Below, one piece after another: positions 30,760 to 41,856 of a stretch of 64,000 nucleotides of DNA. The notes beneath the pieces are model-generated. The model was given only the letters and a program-made list of their open reading frames with translations, was not told the origin of the DNA and ran no database searches. The stretch lies in NCBI GenBank assembly GCA_963765145.1, contig CAVXVG010000027.1:128001-192000 (forward strand), in the 5' to 3' direction. Made by a program: the position numbers and the translations under genes. How positions within the stretch are numbered: the first letter of the stretch is position 1; the number at the start of each line of letters is the position of its first letter. The DNA is from Parachlamydiales bacterium. Lineage in GTDB: Bacteria; Chlamydiota; Chlamydiia; Chlamydiales; JAJFMK01.

Positions 30760-32369
30760 TTACCCCTTTTTAGCTTCTCGCCGAACTTCTTGATCCATCC
30801 GGCCAAGACCGTGGCCTGAGTAATCGACGAACTTCAAAAACCGCTCGAGCACTGGGAAGCGAGCAGAGATTTGCCGAGCCATTTCTTGTGCAATTCTTCT
30901 ATAACTGCTGTGGCCTGCAGGTGAAGAGCGAAGTTCAACAAGCCATTGGATGGCTCGTAAATTGGCGTGGAAATACCAGCGGGCTTTTTGTACCCCATCG
31001 GAACCACATACTGCGCTTCATGTGGAAGTTCTTTTCGGATCAACTCAAAGCTATCTCTTGCCCGTTCCATCGCCTCTCGGTAAAGGACCTCTTCAGGTGT
31101 TCCTTCCAATTCTTCCGGGAGGGTATAGCCCAAATCGGTCGATACTAGTTGTCTTTTCTGGGTGAGTATTCGGTGTCTGTGCAAATCTCGGTAGGCATTA
31201 AAATCGGCTACAAACTCGAAGGTAAAGTGGGCGTGCTCAAGAGCGCGAGGAGATTTTTGTCTTCGGTTCTCCCTTGCAGAGCAGGCGGCTTCTAAAACCT
31301 CTTCCAGCTCTTCAGGGCTCATATTATCGACGACTTGTCTCAAATTTTCTAAAGAGCTGTCTCCATATTCGAACAAGAGATGGGTGGCAATTTGTTGAGG
31401 AGCATCTGGGGTGGCATCAAGAAGTTTTACCATCTCCGACTCGCCGCTTGGATGAGGCACCCATTTCGAAGCAACTCTTTCCAGTTCCGATTGCATCGTT
31501 TCATTGAAGTGGGTGTAGGATGCAAAAGTTTTATGCTCAGGAGAGGCCCTTCTGATGAATGATGGGATGACACAAGAAAGCTCTTCATACGCTTTTCTGC
31601 CCAGTTCTTGCATTTCAGACATCGAGTTAGATTGCAGCTTCAACAACATCCCTTCGAAAAAGCGGCCGTTGCCAAACATGCCAAGGTTGGTCAGCGTGGA
31701 CACCGGGAGAAGGCCTCTTGCGACGTCCAATACTTTTGCCCTCAAGGCAGCTTGATAGGCATTCGGAGGTATTCCCGGTTCTTGAGGAAACGAGGCGCCG
31801 ATCCGTTCGGTTAAAGGGCCAATTAGTTTGGAATAAGTTTCAAAAAGATCCCGACAGGTTTCTAAATAGAGGTCTCGGTAGGCAGAGGCTAAAAGGGTAG
31901 GATCTTTATAGAATAAGAAATCTCCATTCTCTTTTTCATCGAAAGGGATATACCTGGTCGATTTTTCAAGAGGAGATCCTCCAATCCGACAGTCTTCTAC
32001 CGCTTTGGCAGCTAGCATCGAAACTCTTTCCAGGGCGATGTGTGCTCCTCCTAATTCTCCAATCGAGTCATCTCCATAACCGTCCAAAATGCGGTCATAA
32101 AAACTTTGTGCTCTTTGGATGGCTAGAGTTTGATCTTGGGGAGATTCGTTCATGTCAGACCCCATGATCTGATCAAAATGGGATTCATTCGAATCAGTGA
32201 TGAATTCCTTCAGCAAAAGAGCGCGAAGGCCTAATCTTGAACGGGAATATTTGGAGAACAGGGCTCCTTTGATCACCTCCGGTAAATTTTTGAGGACAAA
32301 GACATTTCCTTCAGTATTCGTAACAAATCGGGATAACCTTTTTTGCTCTTGCTCTGTGAACTCGCCCAT
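30760..32369 (-). CDS. thyX: Flavin-dependent thymidylate synthase, long chlamydial type; frameshift near 30985
   Basis: GALFSKYSRS, YGDDSIGELG, SPLEKSTRY, RDLHRHR; the second frame continues RWYFHANLRAIQWLVELRSSPAGHSSYR to TAA at 30760; AGGAGA RBS before ATG 32369. Confidence 0.9.
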
Positions 32370-32486
32370 ATCAATGTCTCCTGTTCTAGAAAGATACCAT
32401 CTACTGATAACACGGACTGCCACTTTCCCTCTAATATTTCGTCAAAAATAAATGAAAAATTTATCTTTGTGTGCTAAAATCTTTGT

Positions 32487-33041
32487 ATGTCTGCAACTCA
32501 ATCAGAAATTATCTATGGTTACGGTTCAAATCTTAGTAGCGAGTTATTAAGAGCCCGTCTTAATGATGGGGAATGGCATGATACCGAATGGCGCAAAACA
32601 GGCGATCCCGTTGGCCCAGATCCTCTATTCCTTGGAATAGGGGTATTAGCAGGCTATCAATTCAAATATAATTTAAACGATGGCGAATTTACATCAGGAA
32701 ATATTGTAGCTAATTACAATGACCATGTGTATGGCGCCATCTACAAAATCACACCCGAACAGTTAGCTCTTTTAGATCGAGATGAAGATGAAGGGACTTG
32801 TTACACAAGAACAGCCCTAAAAGTTCAGAAAATAGCTTTTGGCGCCCTTGGAGCGTCTGCCAACAATGAGGCGGTCACGGCTTGGTGTTATGTGGGCAAA
32901 GAAGGGGCTCAGGTTTCTGATGACCAGATCAACCCTGATCCCGAATATGTCGACCACCTTATCCAATATGCAAAAGAGCGCTCTCTGCCATCTGCCTACA
33001 TCGATCAGCGCTTCCGCTACACTGCCCCCCTTTTAGTTTAG
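32487..33041 (+). CDS. Gamma-glutamylcyclotransferase (AIG2-like) family
   Basis: YGYGSNL, VYGAIY, LDRDE, Y.R, P...Y. Confidence 0.8.
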   Translation: MSATQSEIIYGYGSNLSSELLRARLNDGEWHDTEWRKTGDPVGPDPLFLGIGVLAGYQFKYNLNDGEFTSGNIVANYNDHVYGAIYKITPEQLALLDRDEDEGTCYTRTALKVQKIAFGALGASANNEAVTAWCYVGKEGAQVSDDQINPDPEYVDHLIQYAKERSLPSAYIDQRFRYTAPLLV

Positions 33042-33052
33042 AATTTTTTTAT

Positions 33053-33107
33053 TTCGCAAAGCGTTTGGAGTGCTAAACAGGAGTTTAGCACTCCAAACGC
33101 TTCGCGG
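33053..33107. repeat. Family A short hairpin
   Basis: GCGTTTGGAGTGCTAAAC-AGGA-GTTTAGCACTCCAAACGC between convergent genes. Confidence 0.9.
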
Positions 33108-33108
33108 A

Positions 33109-36100
33109 CTAGCCTTGTAACAAAGAGAGGAGGTCGGAGCGGGAAAGGGGGAGGATGCCGCCGGGGAATAGGCCTTGCCGCAGGGCACCTTTCTCTAGAA
33201 GGATCTGGTCGATTCGTTCTTCAATTGTATTCAGTGTCAGAAGCTTGAAAACTTGAACGCCGCGGGTTTGGCCGAGCCGGTGGACCCGGTCGGTCGCCTG
33301 GTCTTCTTTGGCCGGGTTCCACCACCGGTCGTAATGGATGACGACAGAAGCTTGGGTCAGATCGATACCAAGGCCGCCGGCTTTTAGGGACGCTAGAAAA
33401 ACGCGGCAATCATCGTCGTTAAATTTTTTAACAGCCGCTTCTCGGTCTGGGGTTGACCCTTTCAATAGGCTATAGCCTACTTTTTTATGCTCCAAATCAC
33501 GAGAAAGAAAATCGAGCATGAGAAGCGATTGGGTGAAGACCACCACTTTTTGGCCAGAGGCTAAGGCCTCTTCCAACAACTCTTGATACAGATTCCATTT
33601 GCCAGAAGAGAGCGTTGAAAAAAGATCGGGCCGTTTTAAGTAGAGGGCTGGATGGTCTGCCACCTCTTTCAATTTTTGCAGGAGGGCAAAAATGTGCATT
33701 GGCGCCGGCATTTTTCCTTCATGCAGCTCTGTTAAGAGGGGTTGTTTTCCTTCATCCAAAACTGTTTGGTAAAGCTCTGTTTGTTCTCCGGTCATCTCGC
33801 AGTGAGCGATCTCTTCAATTTTTTCGGGCAGCTCTTGCAGCACCTCTCTCTTGGTGCGCCTTAAAATGAAAGGGGCAGTGATGCGGTTTAGCAGTTGTTT
33901 CGACTTGCCAATTCCCCTCTCGCTCGATCGGGTAGATAAACTCTTGTCTTGAACCGATTTTCGCTTGGGAAGTAGTCTGGAAGGAGGAGGTCAAAGAGGG
34001 CTTTTAATTCTCTTAGTCGGTTTTCAATCGGTGTGCCGGAAAGGCCGAGCAGCATCCCCCCTTTCAATTGAATAAGCGATTCCCAAAGACGGCTCATGTG
34101 ATTTTTTGCCATCTGCATTTCATCGAAAATAATCAGGTCGAACGGGATCTTTTTCAGTTTGTTTAAATCCCTTTTCAAAACACCGTAAGAGGTGATCAAT
34201 AGAGGAATTTGTCTTTTTCTAACGCTATCTAGTTCTCGTTTTGCTCCATGATAAAGAGTAAATGCCGCATCCGGCAAAAAGGCCTGTAGCTTGTCCTTCC
34301 AATGAAAAAGAACCGATGTAGGGCTCACAATCAGACAACGGAGCTTTTTTTTCTTCTTTTTCAAGGCCGCAATGAGGGCTATGGCCTGCAAGGTTTTACC
34401 AAGGCCCATGTCGTCGGCTAAAAGGCCGGAGAAACCCCTTTCATATAATCCATATAGCCATTTTACCCCCTCCTCTTGGTAGGGTCGTAAGGTAGCCAAA
34501 AAACCTTCAAGCGGTGGAAGCTTCCCTGTTTTAAGAGAAAGGAGCTTTTCTAAAAGTTTTTTTCCTTTCTCATCTAATCGATCATCAATAGGGGTGATCA
34601 GAAGAAACAGTTTTAACCATCTCCAAGGAGCCATTTCAGGTTCGATATCATGAATCTATTCAAGTTCAAGCTGATGCCTATCGATCAACCCGGCTTCCGT
34701 TAAAAAGAACCGCTCTCTTCTTCCCTTCAGGGTGAACGGGTCGATTTCTCCCTCTTTTCCTTGAAGGATGAGGCCGCAACGGATTCTTCCTCCAGCCACC
34801 TTTCGAAATTGGGTGAGCAAAAGATCGGGTTCTTTTAAAAGCACTAATTCTTTGGAGCATTCTGTGACATAGGGATAAAGGCGGGGATAAAGATCGCGAA
34901 AGAAGGCGTCAAAATCTCTTTTGCGAATACTTTTGGGTTCCAAAAAGTCCAAAGGGAACCGTGGATCTATCATCAGAGGAAAAAACCCCAATTTTTCGGC
35001 ATAGAGATACGGTCCAAACGATTGGATATCCTGAATAGGGGTTCTTAAAACCAAGTGAGGAGTTATTTCTATCGCATCATTTTGCAAGACCACTTTTAGC
35101 CCAAAGCGATTGATAGGATTAACAGTCGCAAAAAACCCGGGGATATTGATCAGAAGATCGTGGTTATCTCTAACAAAATTGGCCACTTCGCCTTGTTTGA
35201 CCACACGTCCATCGAAAGGGTGGTTTTTTCCCTGGGGCCCCTCTCGTGGAAAAAATCCTGTGTGTTCAAAGTAGAGCCAACTTCCACAGTCGATCCATCC
35301 TTCGTCTACTTCTGTGTTCCTTGCCTGAAAAGTAAGATCTCCGCTCTTTGTCAGCTGATAAGAAAGGAGGTTTTGAGACCGGAGGAGATGAGTTTCAAAA
35401 CCTGGCTGCCTGTTGAGCCATATCTTATTTTTCTCTACAAAATCGCCAATTTCACTTCGGGGTATTGAAAGTTTGGCCGATAGAAATTGAGGCTCCCAAA
35501 GAGGAATAAACCCCCTTTTTTGGTGATAGGCCCACCTACCGTGTAGATAGACATCGCCCTTTTCTTCTAAAAAAGCTTCGATTTCAAGCGATTCCTTTCC
35601 TTTCCATTCTAAGCTATACTGTAAGGGGGCTTTTTCCCTTTCAAAAGGAAGATAAAGTTCTCCTAAAGATCCTTCTCGAAGCTTTTGATCTAATAAAAAG
35701 GAGAGCTCTAAGCCTGTCCACTCTTTTTGCCCTTCTTTTAAAATATGGGATACTGGGTCGTAAGAATAAAGGGGGATAAAAGCTGCCCTCCTCTGAATGG
35801 GAATCACCCCTTCCATCTGGGCTAGAGTAAGGGGATCTAACCCCTCCTCCTCCTTCAAGAAACACCATTTCATTAAATCGGATAACGGGGACAGTTCGTA
35901 CTGCAAAAGAGATGGGGGCCTTCCTTGGCGCCATAGATTTAATTCCTCCTCCGACAGATTTGAGAACTTAATCGAAGTTTCTTCCGTCCCCACACTGCTT
36001 GCAAATAGCTCTTCCAATTCTTCTCGAACCGATTTGTCAATCGGAGTGATCGTCAGAATGGGGTTTTCTTCTCGATTATAAAAAACAAAAGAACCCTCTT

Positions 36101-36470
36101 TTTCTTCCATCTCATGGGGAGCGCCTTCCATTTCTGCCCAATAGCGGATGCCTAACTCATGCCAGGGGCTTTTGGCATATCGAACGTGAAGAGGGACGGG
36201 GGTATGGTTGTAGATCCGCAAGATAGAGGCAGCAAGGTGCCAGCAAGGCCCTGCAGCTTCGCACGTGCAAAAAGCATCTTCATTTCCCTCGTCTTCTGAA
36301 AATTGAAGGAAGGTCCAGCAAGGCTCAGAAACTGCAGGATCGAGTACTTTAAACTGGTAGGTGGCATGGGAAAAAGCCAAGGGGATGACCAACCCTTGTT
36401 TTAATGCAGATTCTGCCTCCTTTTTAAAAGGAGCGTAGGGAGTAGCATTCAAGGGGTTATAAAAGGTCAT
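33109..36470 (-). CDS. SWIM-domain SNF2 helicase, split into three ORFs by two frameshifts
   Basis: FCTC...CWH SWIM; LRPYQ, LADDMGLGKT, DEMQ, SGTPIEN; SLKAGGLGIDLT, WWNPAKEDQATDRVHRLGQ. Confidence 0.9.
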
Positions 36471-36558
36471 AAGTCCACCCCTCAGCTTATCAAGTTTTAA
36501 TTTCCCTCACAAGTACTTGGTTGTGAGGGAAATAAAATAAGGCAGCCTGAGAGGGGTG

Positions 36559-37665
36559 TTAACTTTGCTGTTGTTTGGAACCTTTTTTCAGGTAGTTAAC
36601 AATTGCTTTTCGTTTTTTGATTTCATCAGATGTTAGAGATTCATCGTCCTTGGCTTTATCTTTTGCATAGCTCAAAGCATCCTTACCATCAGAAACATTC
36701 CTCAAGTCGGCTCCTGCATCTACTAAAACTTTTACGTTCTCTTCTCTTGCTAATGTAATAGCAACGCCAAGCGGACTTACTTTAGTTGTGTGACTTATAT
36801 GATTTAACACCGTTTTGTTAGGGGATTTTTCTAATAGAAGAAGCAGCATGAGCTTATGAACGCTGGCTGCGGCTTTGTGCAAGACATTTTCTCCAAAGCG
36901 ATCTTGTTTTTCAAATATGTTTGGATTTTCACCAACTATCTGCTGAACTAATAGAGATAAGCCATTTCGAATGGCCACATCCATTAAGAGTAGGTGGAAT
37001 GCATCGTCTACCTTAGCCTCAACGCTGCTAAGGAATATTTCTCGAGCTATCCAATCTTTTCTGCTTTTGGCAGCATAAAAAATTGGCAAGCCTCCATTTG
37101 AATCAGGCTCGTGCAATTTAGCACCCTTGCCTTGTAATAGTTTGACTATATCAATATCCCCAAAGTGTGCTGCTGCACTTAGAGGAGTTGCATTATGATA
37201 AACTCTAGCTAGTCCATTAGAGGACTCGTCCATACGATCATTTAAACTATTTTCCTGATTTGGGTTTGCATGATGGTTCAAAAGAAGCTTAACGATTGCC
37301 TTGTTCCCATTCAGGCAGGCTTGAAAGAGAGGTGTTAGTCCATTTAAGCGAGCATCTGGGGAGATTTTCTGCTGAAGCAACGCTTCCGTCGTGAGGGGTT
37401 TTCCAATTTCGATTGCCTTGTGGAAAAGTCGCTCGAGAGTAAAATAATCTTTTGTTTCTTTGGGTTCTATTTTAGGATTAAATGACTTAAAGATAGCCTT
37501 TCCAAGCTCTTCAACTTCTTTTTTTAGCTGTAAAATGAGCGGATTTTCAGTGTCGGTAGAGGCAGCATCCGCTCCCTGCACAACATAAAAACCTTGAGAA
37601 AGTTCTAGGTTGGGTCGGATGGTGATCGTGGTGGGTAATGAGGAGGTGCGAAGTGTCGTAGACAT
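36559..37665 (-). CDS. Ankyrin-repeat protein (candidate effector)
   Basis: GLTPLFQAC, TPLSAAA, GENVLHKAA, SPLGVAI; Ser/Thr-rich N-terminus; likely start MSTT at 37665. Confidence 0.85.
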   Translation of the reverse strand: MSTTLRTSSLPTTITIRPNLELSQGFYVVQGADAASTDTENPLILQLKKEVEELGKAIFKSFNPKIEPKETKDYFTLERLFHKAIEIGKPLTTEALLQQKISPDARLNGLTPLFQACLNGNKAIVKLLLNHHANPNQENSLNDRMDESSNGLARVYHNATPLSAAAHFGDIDIVKLLQGKGAKLHEPDSNGGLPIFYAAKSRKDWIAREIFLSSVEAKVDDAFHLLLMDVAIRNGLSLLVQQIVGENPNIFEKQDRFGENVLHKAAASVHKLMLLLLLEKSPNKTVLNHISHTTKVSPLGVAITLAREENVKVLVDAGADLRNVSDGKDALSYAKDKAKDDESLTSDEIKKRKAIVNYLKKGSKQQQS

Positions 37666-37762
37666 AATTGTCCCTAAATGGTTCCGTTTTAATCTAAACA
37701 ATTGATAATTAAGCCGCAACGAAGACGAAAGAAAAGCATTCTAATGCAGAGAGCCTTTTTTT

Positions 37763-37993
37763 TACGCGCAGCGTTTGGAGTTCTAAACGGTCTTGTTGCA
37801 TAATCAAATAGAATTCGCATACACATTGTAGCTTAGGCTTTAGCCTGAGCTCGTTTTGCAGGACTTTAGTCCTGCTAGAATCTTGCGGGTTAAAACCCGC
37901 AAAAACGAACTCAGGCTAAAGCCTAAGCTACATTTCTCATGATGGCGATTAATTATGCAACAAGACCGTTTAGCGCTCCAAACGCGTTGCGAA
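37763..37993. repeat. Three-layer nested palindrome with a GTAG REP/REPIN-like core
   Basis: Outer family A arms; middle GGTCTTGTTGCATAAT/ATTATGCAACAAGACC; core TGTAGCTTAGGCTTTAGCCTGAG...CTCAGGCTAAAGCCTAAGCTACA (37827-37932). Confidence 0.9.
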
Positions 37994-38004
37994 AGAAGAA
38001 TGTG

Positions 38005-38793
38005 TTAGGGTGAGGCGCGGTTTCTGAGGTGCTTTAAGAGCTGGTCGCGGGGCTTTGTGCCATCGTGGCTGCTTAGGCCTTTCTCCAGCATTTCTTCGTC
38101 TGAAAGGAGCAACAAATACAGCCCACTGTGCTCGGGAGAAAGCTGCTCTTTTACTTCCTGTTTCTTTCGGTCAAAGGCACGCTCATGGATGAACAGCCTG
38201 ATGACAAAATAAAAGAAGGTCAACAGAGGGATGACCCAAAGATAAGGGATAAACGTGCCAAAAAGAGGCAAAATTAAGGTGATGAGAAAAAAATTCATCT
38301 CTTTGGGCTGGCGAAAAAGGGGCCCCCACATTTTGCGGAAGGGAGAGGTGGAAGTTTGATAGGCTAACATCTCTTCAAAAAGAGGCTCTGAATAGGCCAT
38401 CCGCGCCACATGAACAAGCTCGTGGCCGACAAGCTCGCTGACCGGATAATATCCTAGCAGCTTTTGTTTGCCCCGAAGCCCTTTCCGTAGTTGTAGAAAA
38501 GCCTCTTGCGGAGAGTCTTTTGTCTCCTGAAAGATCCAGGCAGCTGCCCCTTCGAAGAAAGAAAGCTTTTTGTTGCTAAAGACAACGGGAACCCAATCGA
38601 TCGAAAACCCAAAAAGCCCTTGAGTAATAGCAGAGCCCTCTTTCAAGAGATTGGCTCGCTCTTCTACTTTTTCAAAGTGTTCGGGTGTCTTTTTCCCCTG
38701 CTCAATTCTAGCTAAAAACTGCTCTTCAGTTTCCCAAGGAGCTGGAAGCCAACCCGATTTAGCCAGCTGATAAATTTGTTCAGGATTCATCAT
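38005..38793 (-). CDS. Conserved hypothetical membrane protein with HExxH motif
   Basis: GHELVHVAR, FEEMLAY, C-terminal TM segments; ATGA overlap with the upstream small ORF. Confidence 0.7.
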   Translation of the reverse strand: MMNPEQIYQLAKSGWLPAPWETEEQFLARIEQGKKTPEHFEKVEERANLLKEGSAITQGLFGFSIDWVPVVFSNKKLSFFEGAAAWIFQETKDSPQEAFLQLRKGLRGKQKLLGYYPVSELVGHELVHVARMAYSEPLFEEMLAYQTSTSPFRKMWGPLFRQPKEMNFFLITLILPLFGTFIPYLWVIPLLTFFYFVIRLFIHERAFDRKKQEVKEQLSPEHSGLYLLLLSDEEMLEKGLSSHDGTKPRDQLLKHLRNRASP

Positions 38794-38999
38794 GGTTCAG
38801 TATAGGGTCCAGTTGTCTTTGCTGCTTCTTGCAAAGCTCGCCAATGTCCACGGTCAAGCCACCCTGTGCTCCCATCCCAATAATGGACCCAGATAAACAA
38901 TCCAATGATCGGGAGGATGATGTAGGTCAGTATCAACCAGCGGGGGATCTTAGTGTCGTAGGAGGCCGGAACATCCTTTAATTCATCATTCATCATCAT
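38790..38999 (-). CDS. Small membrane protein resembling the CcoP/FixP N-terminal anchor
   Basis: YDTKIPRWL followed by one TM helix; inside the cbb3 operon. Confidence 0.6.
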   Translation of the reverse strand: MMMNDELKDVPASYDTKIPRWLILTYIILPIIGLFIWVHYWDGSTGWLDRGHWRALQEAAKTTGPYTEP

Positions 39000-39141
39000 G
39001 CATTCGCTCTTCCATAAAAACTATGTTGCTTGGCTCTTCAGACCAATCCAATTTTTTTCTCCACCATGTGAAAAGAAAGGTAATCAGGGCGCCGGCTGAA
39101 AGTAGAATAAGAAGTCCATAGTGGATCCATTGCCCTTTCAT
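38986..39141 (-). CDS. Small single-TM protein (CcoQ/CcoS-like), 51 aa
   Basis: Not in track: MKGQWIHYGLLILLSAGALITFLFTWWRKKLDWSEEPSNIVFMEERMHDDE; ATGA overlap with the ccoO stop. Confidence 0.65.
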   Translation of the reverse strand: MKGQWIHYGLLILLSAGALITFLFTWWRKKLDWSEEPSNIVFMEERMHDDE

Positions 39142-40376
39142 TTAGCGTGCCCATCGATGATCTCTTTGGTGTTCACAGGATCTTGCCCTAGCCACCACGC
39201 TTTTGAAGGCGATGTCAACCGTGTCCCTTTGGTCATCATATATTGATAGATGGCCTCAAATTGGAGGTTAGGAACACCCATTTTAGCTCCCGGAGTGCCT
39301 CTTGGATCGTCATCAAAGAAATGTTGAAACGATGGCATGATGCTGCCAGGACTTGCTGTTTTTGGAGCCCAGAAGTGGGCTTTATGCCAATCACGGCTTG
39401 GTCTCTTAACCCCGGTCCTTGAAAGATCGGGCCCAATCCTTCTTGTGCCCGGAAAAGTGACATCTTGGTAGATATATTCGCTGGCTGTCGAAGGTGGGGC
39501 CGGGTAGGCATCAGAGCCGTTTAAAACCACGTCTTGAACCAAGGTACGGGTCTGATCGGTGTGGCAATACCAACATCCCTCAATTGCATAGATCCGTTCG
39601 CCTTTCGAAATAAGCTCTTGGCGTGACCAAAAACCCATTTTCTTGAGCTCATCTAATGAAGCAATCGGTTTGCCTTTTTGAGAATAGAGATACCCTTTTC
39701 CTGTTGGAACTTCAATTTCTCTGACGCGGTATTCGACCGGGTTTTTGATGAACAAATGTCCCTTATCTTTGCTTTCCATGTCGACAAGGACAAAATTGCT
39801 TTCAGCAAAGTCTTCTAAAGCTCCTTCAGTGGCAGATGTAGAAAATCCTTCTTTCAAGCCAGAGTCATAAAGCTCCATCACCTGAAAAATCGGCAATGTC
39901 ATTCCCTTTTCTTTCCAGTTGGGCTTCTCTTCAGTAAAAGCTCTTTTTAGCTCTGCTTGCAGTCTTTCGACTTCATCCTTAAATGAAGGTGAAGGCTGGC
40001 GAAGAAAAAGAATTTTATTGGTCAGATGAATCGGCCCATTTTCTTTGCTGATATGTTTTTTCAACGGCTCCGGCGCTACGATCCGAGAATGTTCTCCTTC
40101 GATAAAGGCAGATAACGTTTTGCCTGCTTCCATATGGGCCACAAACTGCAGGTCATAATTGCCCGTTACACTGTTGGAAATAAAGACACGCGGGTCTCCC
40201 AGCTCGTAAAGTTGCTTTTGATAGTGGGAGGTGTTTTCTGACCAGGTTGGGTCTACAAGAGGCGGTACAACCACAGTGATCGCAATGGCGCAACAAAAGA
40301 AAAGGAAAATACCAATGAATGTCCCCCAAAACGACTGTTCTACTTTGTGTCCAAGGTCTTGTCTGAATTGCTTCAT
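39138..40376 (-). CDS. ccoO: cbb3-type cytochrome c oxidase subunit II with large insertion
   Basis: GERIYAIEGCWYCH, GTRRIGPDLSR, DWHKAHF..P....PGSIMPSF. Confidence 0.88.
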   Translation of the reverse strand: MKQFRQDLGHKVEQSFWGTFIGIFLFFCCAIAITVVVPPLVDPTWSENTSHYQKQLYELGDPRVFISNSVTGNYDLQFVAHMEAGKTLSAFIEGEHSRIVAPEPLKKHISKENGPIHLTNKILFLRQPSPSFKDEVERLQAELKRAFTEEKPNWKEKGMTLPIFQVMELYDSGLKEGFSTSATEGALEDFAESNFVLVDMESKDKGHLFIKNPVEYRVREIEVPTGKGYLYSQKGKPIASLDELKKMGFWSRQELISKGERIYAIEGCWYCHTDQTRTLVQDVVLNGSDAYPAPPSTASEYIYQDVTFPGTRRIGPDLSRTGVKRPSRDWHKAHFWAPKTASPGSIMPSFQHFFDDDPRGTPGAKMGVPNLQFEAIYQYMMTKGTRLTSPSKAWWLGQDPVNTKEIIDGHAK

Positions 40377-41824
40377 GCTGGCTCCTTCAGAACGGCAGTT
40401 TCTTCTCTTGGAGGTAATATGATCGTGTTAAACATATTGAAGACGAAGATGAAGTTAGCAAAAACTACAATGGCGCCCCCCAACGTTCTCAGCAACCACC
40501 AAGGCTGCATGTGGGCGACCGTTTCAATGAAGGGAACAACGCTGATGTTTTGTAAGTATTCGGCATAGGTTTTTCCGTTGGCCCAGTTGGCCCATTCCAA
40601 TCCTTGAAGAAAACCCCCAATCCACAAAGGAAGGATGAAGAATAGGGAACCAAAGAGGTTCAGCGTAAAATGCCAATCGGCCAGTTCAGGCGACCATAAC
40701 GGTTTTTTTACGATACGAGGGATCACATAATAGACGCCTGCAATCGCAAAAAAAGTAAAGGTTCCAAACAAACTGATGTGAGAGTGGCCAATGACCCAGT
40801 CGGTCTTTGAGGTGATCTCGTTGATATTTCTTAAGGCCATTAAAGGGCCTTGAACGCAAGTAAGAAGATAAAAGACATTCCCCATCATGATGAAACGGAT
40901 GCCGGGGCTTTCTAAATACTTTTTCCAATTTCCTCTCAACGTGCCAAAAAGATTTGTCACAACAGACCACACAGGGATAAATAGCCAGAGTGAAAAGACG
41001 ATGGCGGTGGTTTGCAGCCATTGAGAAACAGGACCATGGATGATGTGGTGGGCTCCAATCCAGGCGTAGGTAAAGGCAATTGACCAAAACCCGACCATCG
41101 ATAGGCGGTGGCTATAGATCGGGGTATTGGCAAATTTCGGCAAAAAATAATAGGCAATGGCAAGGCCCATCGGAGTAAAAATCAGGCCAACGAGGTTATG
41201 TACGTAGAAAAAACTGGCATTAACCCGCGAGATTCCTCCCTCGATCTGATAGATATAAAACCATCCGATGTAGACAGTGATGGTGGTCCAAATAATGGCC
41301 CCTAGCGAATACCAAAGGGAGACATACATCTTTTCGTAAACGCGTCCCGCAATCGTAACAAGCATTGTTGCTGCCATCATCAGCCAGCCGGCCAAGAAGA
41401 TCACTTTAACCGGAACAAAAGCAACGAACATTGGTAGCTCGGCATATTCCCAACCCCAGTTTGTTCCAAAGGGATAGGACAAATTTCCAAAAATGAGGCT
41501 AAACCACCAAATCGAGATCCCCACTTTTGCCAATGTAGGATTCCAAAGAGAGCGGCCGCAGAGCCTTGGGACTAAATAAAAAAGGAGTCCAACATCTGCT
41601 GACAAAAGCCACAATAAGAGCACAGAGCCAACATGGACAGGCCTAACTCTTCCAAAATGGATATATTCTCCCGAAAAATAATCGGGCATTAAAAACCCGT
41701 TGATCGAGATAAACAGCCCAACCAACATGCCAAAAATGAGAAAGCAGAGGGCTGGATAAATCAACCACTTTACGGGCTCGTCGTTATAAATTACTTTACT
41801 AGTTTCCATTTCCGATCTCACCAT
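40373..41824 (-). CDS. ccoN: cbb3-type heme-copper oxidase catalytic subunit I
   Basis: RVRPVH, EYAE, YVHNLVG, Y-AWIGAHH, WVIGHSH: all six His ligands plus the helix-VII Tyr; start 41824 or 41809. Confidence 0.92.
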   Translation of the reverse strand: MVRSEMETSKVIYNDEPVKWLIYPALCFLIFGMLVGLFISINGFLMPDYFSGEYIHFGRVRPVHVGSVLLLWLLSADVGLLFYLVPRLCGRSLWNPTLAKVGISIWWFSLIFGNLSYPFGTNWGWEYAELPMFVAFVPVKVIFLAGWLMMAATMLVTIAGRVYEKMYVSLWYSLGAIIWTTITVYIGWFYIYQIEGGISRVNASFFYVHNLVGLIFTPMGLAIAYYFLPKFANTPIYSHRLSMVGFWSIAFTYAWIGAHHIIHGPVSQWLQTTAIVFSLWLFIPVWSVVTNLFGTLRGNWKKYLESPGIRFIMMGNVFYLLTCVQGPLMALRNINEITSKTDWVIGHSHISLFGTFTFFAIAGVYYVIPRIVKKPLWSPELADWHFTLNLFGSLFFILPLWIGGFLQGLEWANWANGKTYAEYLQNISVVPFIETVAHMQPWWLLRTLGGAIVVFANFIFVFNMFNTIILPPREETAVLKEPA

Positions 41825-41856
41825 CTTTACTGCAACTGCTTTTCGTTTCTCAAATA

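Noticed and set aside
40373..41824. CcoN as a nitric oxide reductase
   Set aside because: It has the helix-VII Tyr before WxGxHH, the EYAE motif and an adjacent CcoO, all typical of C-family oxygen reductases.
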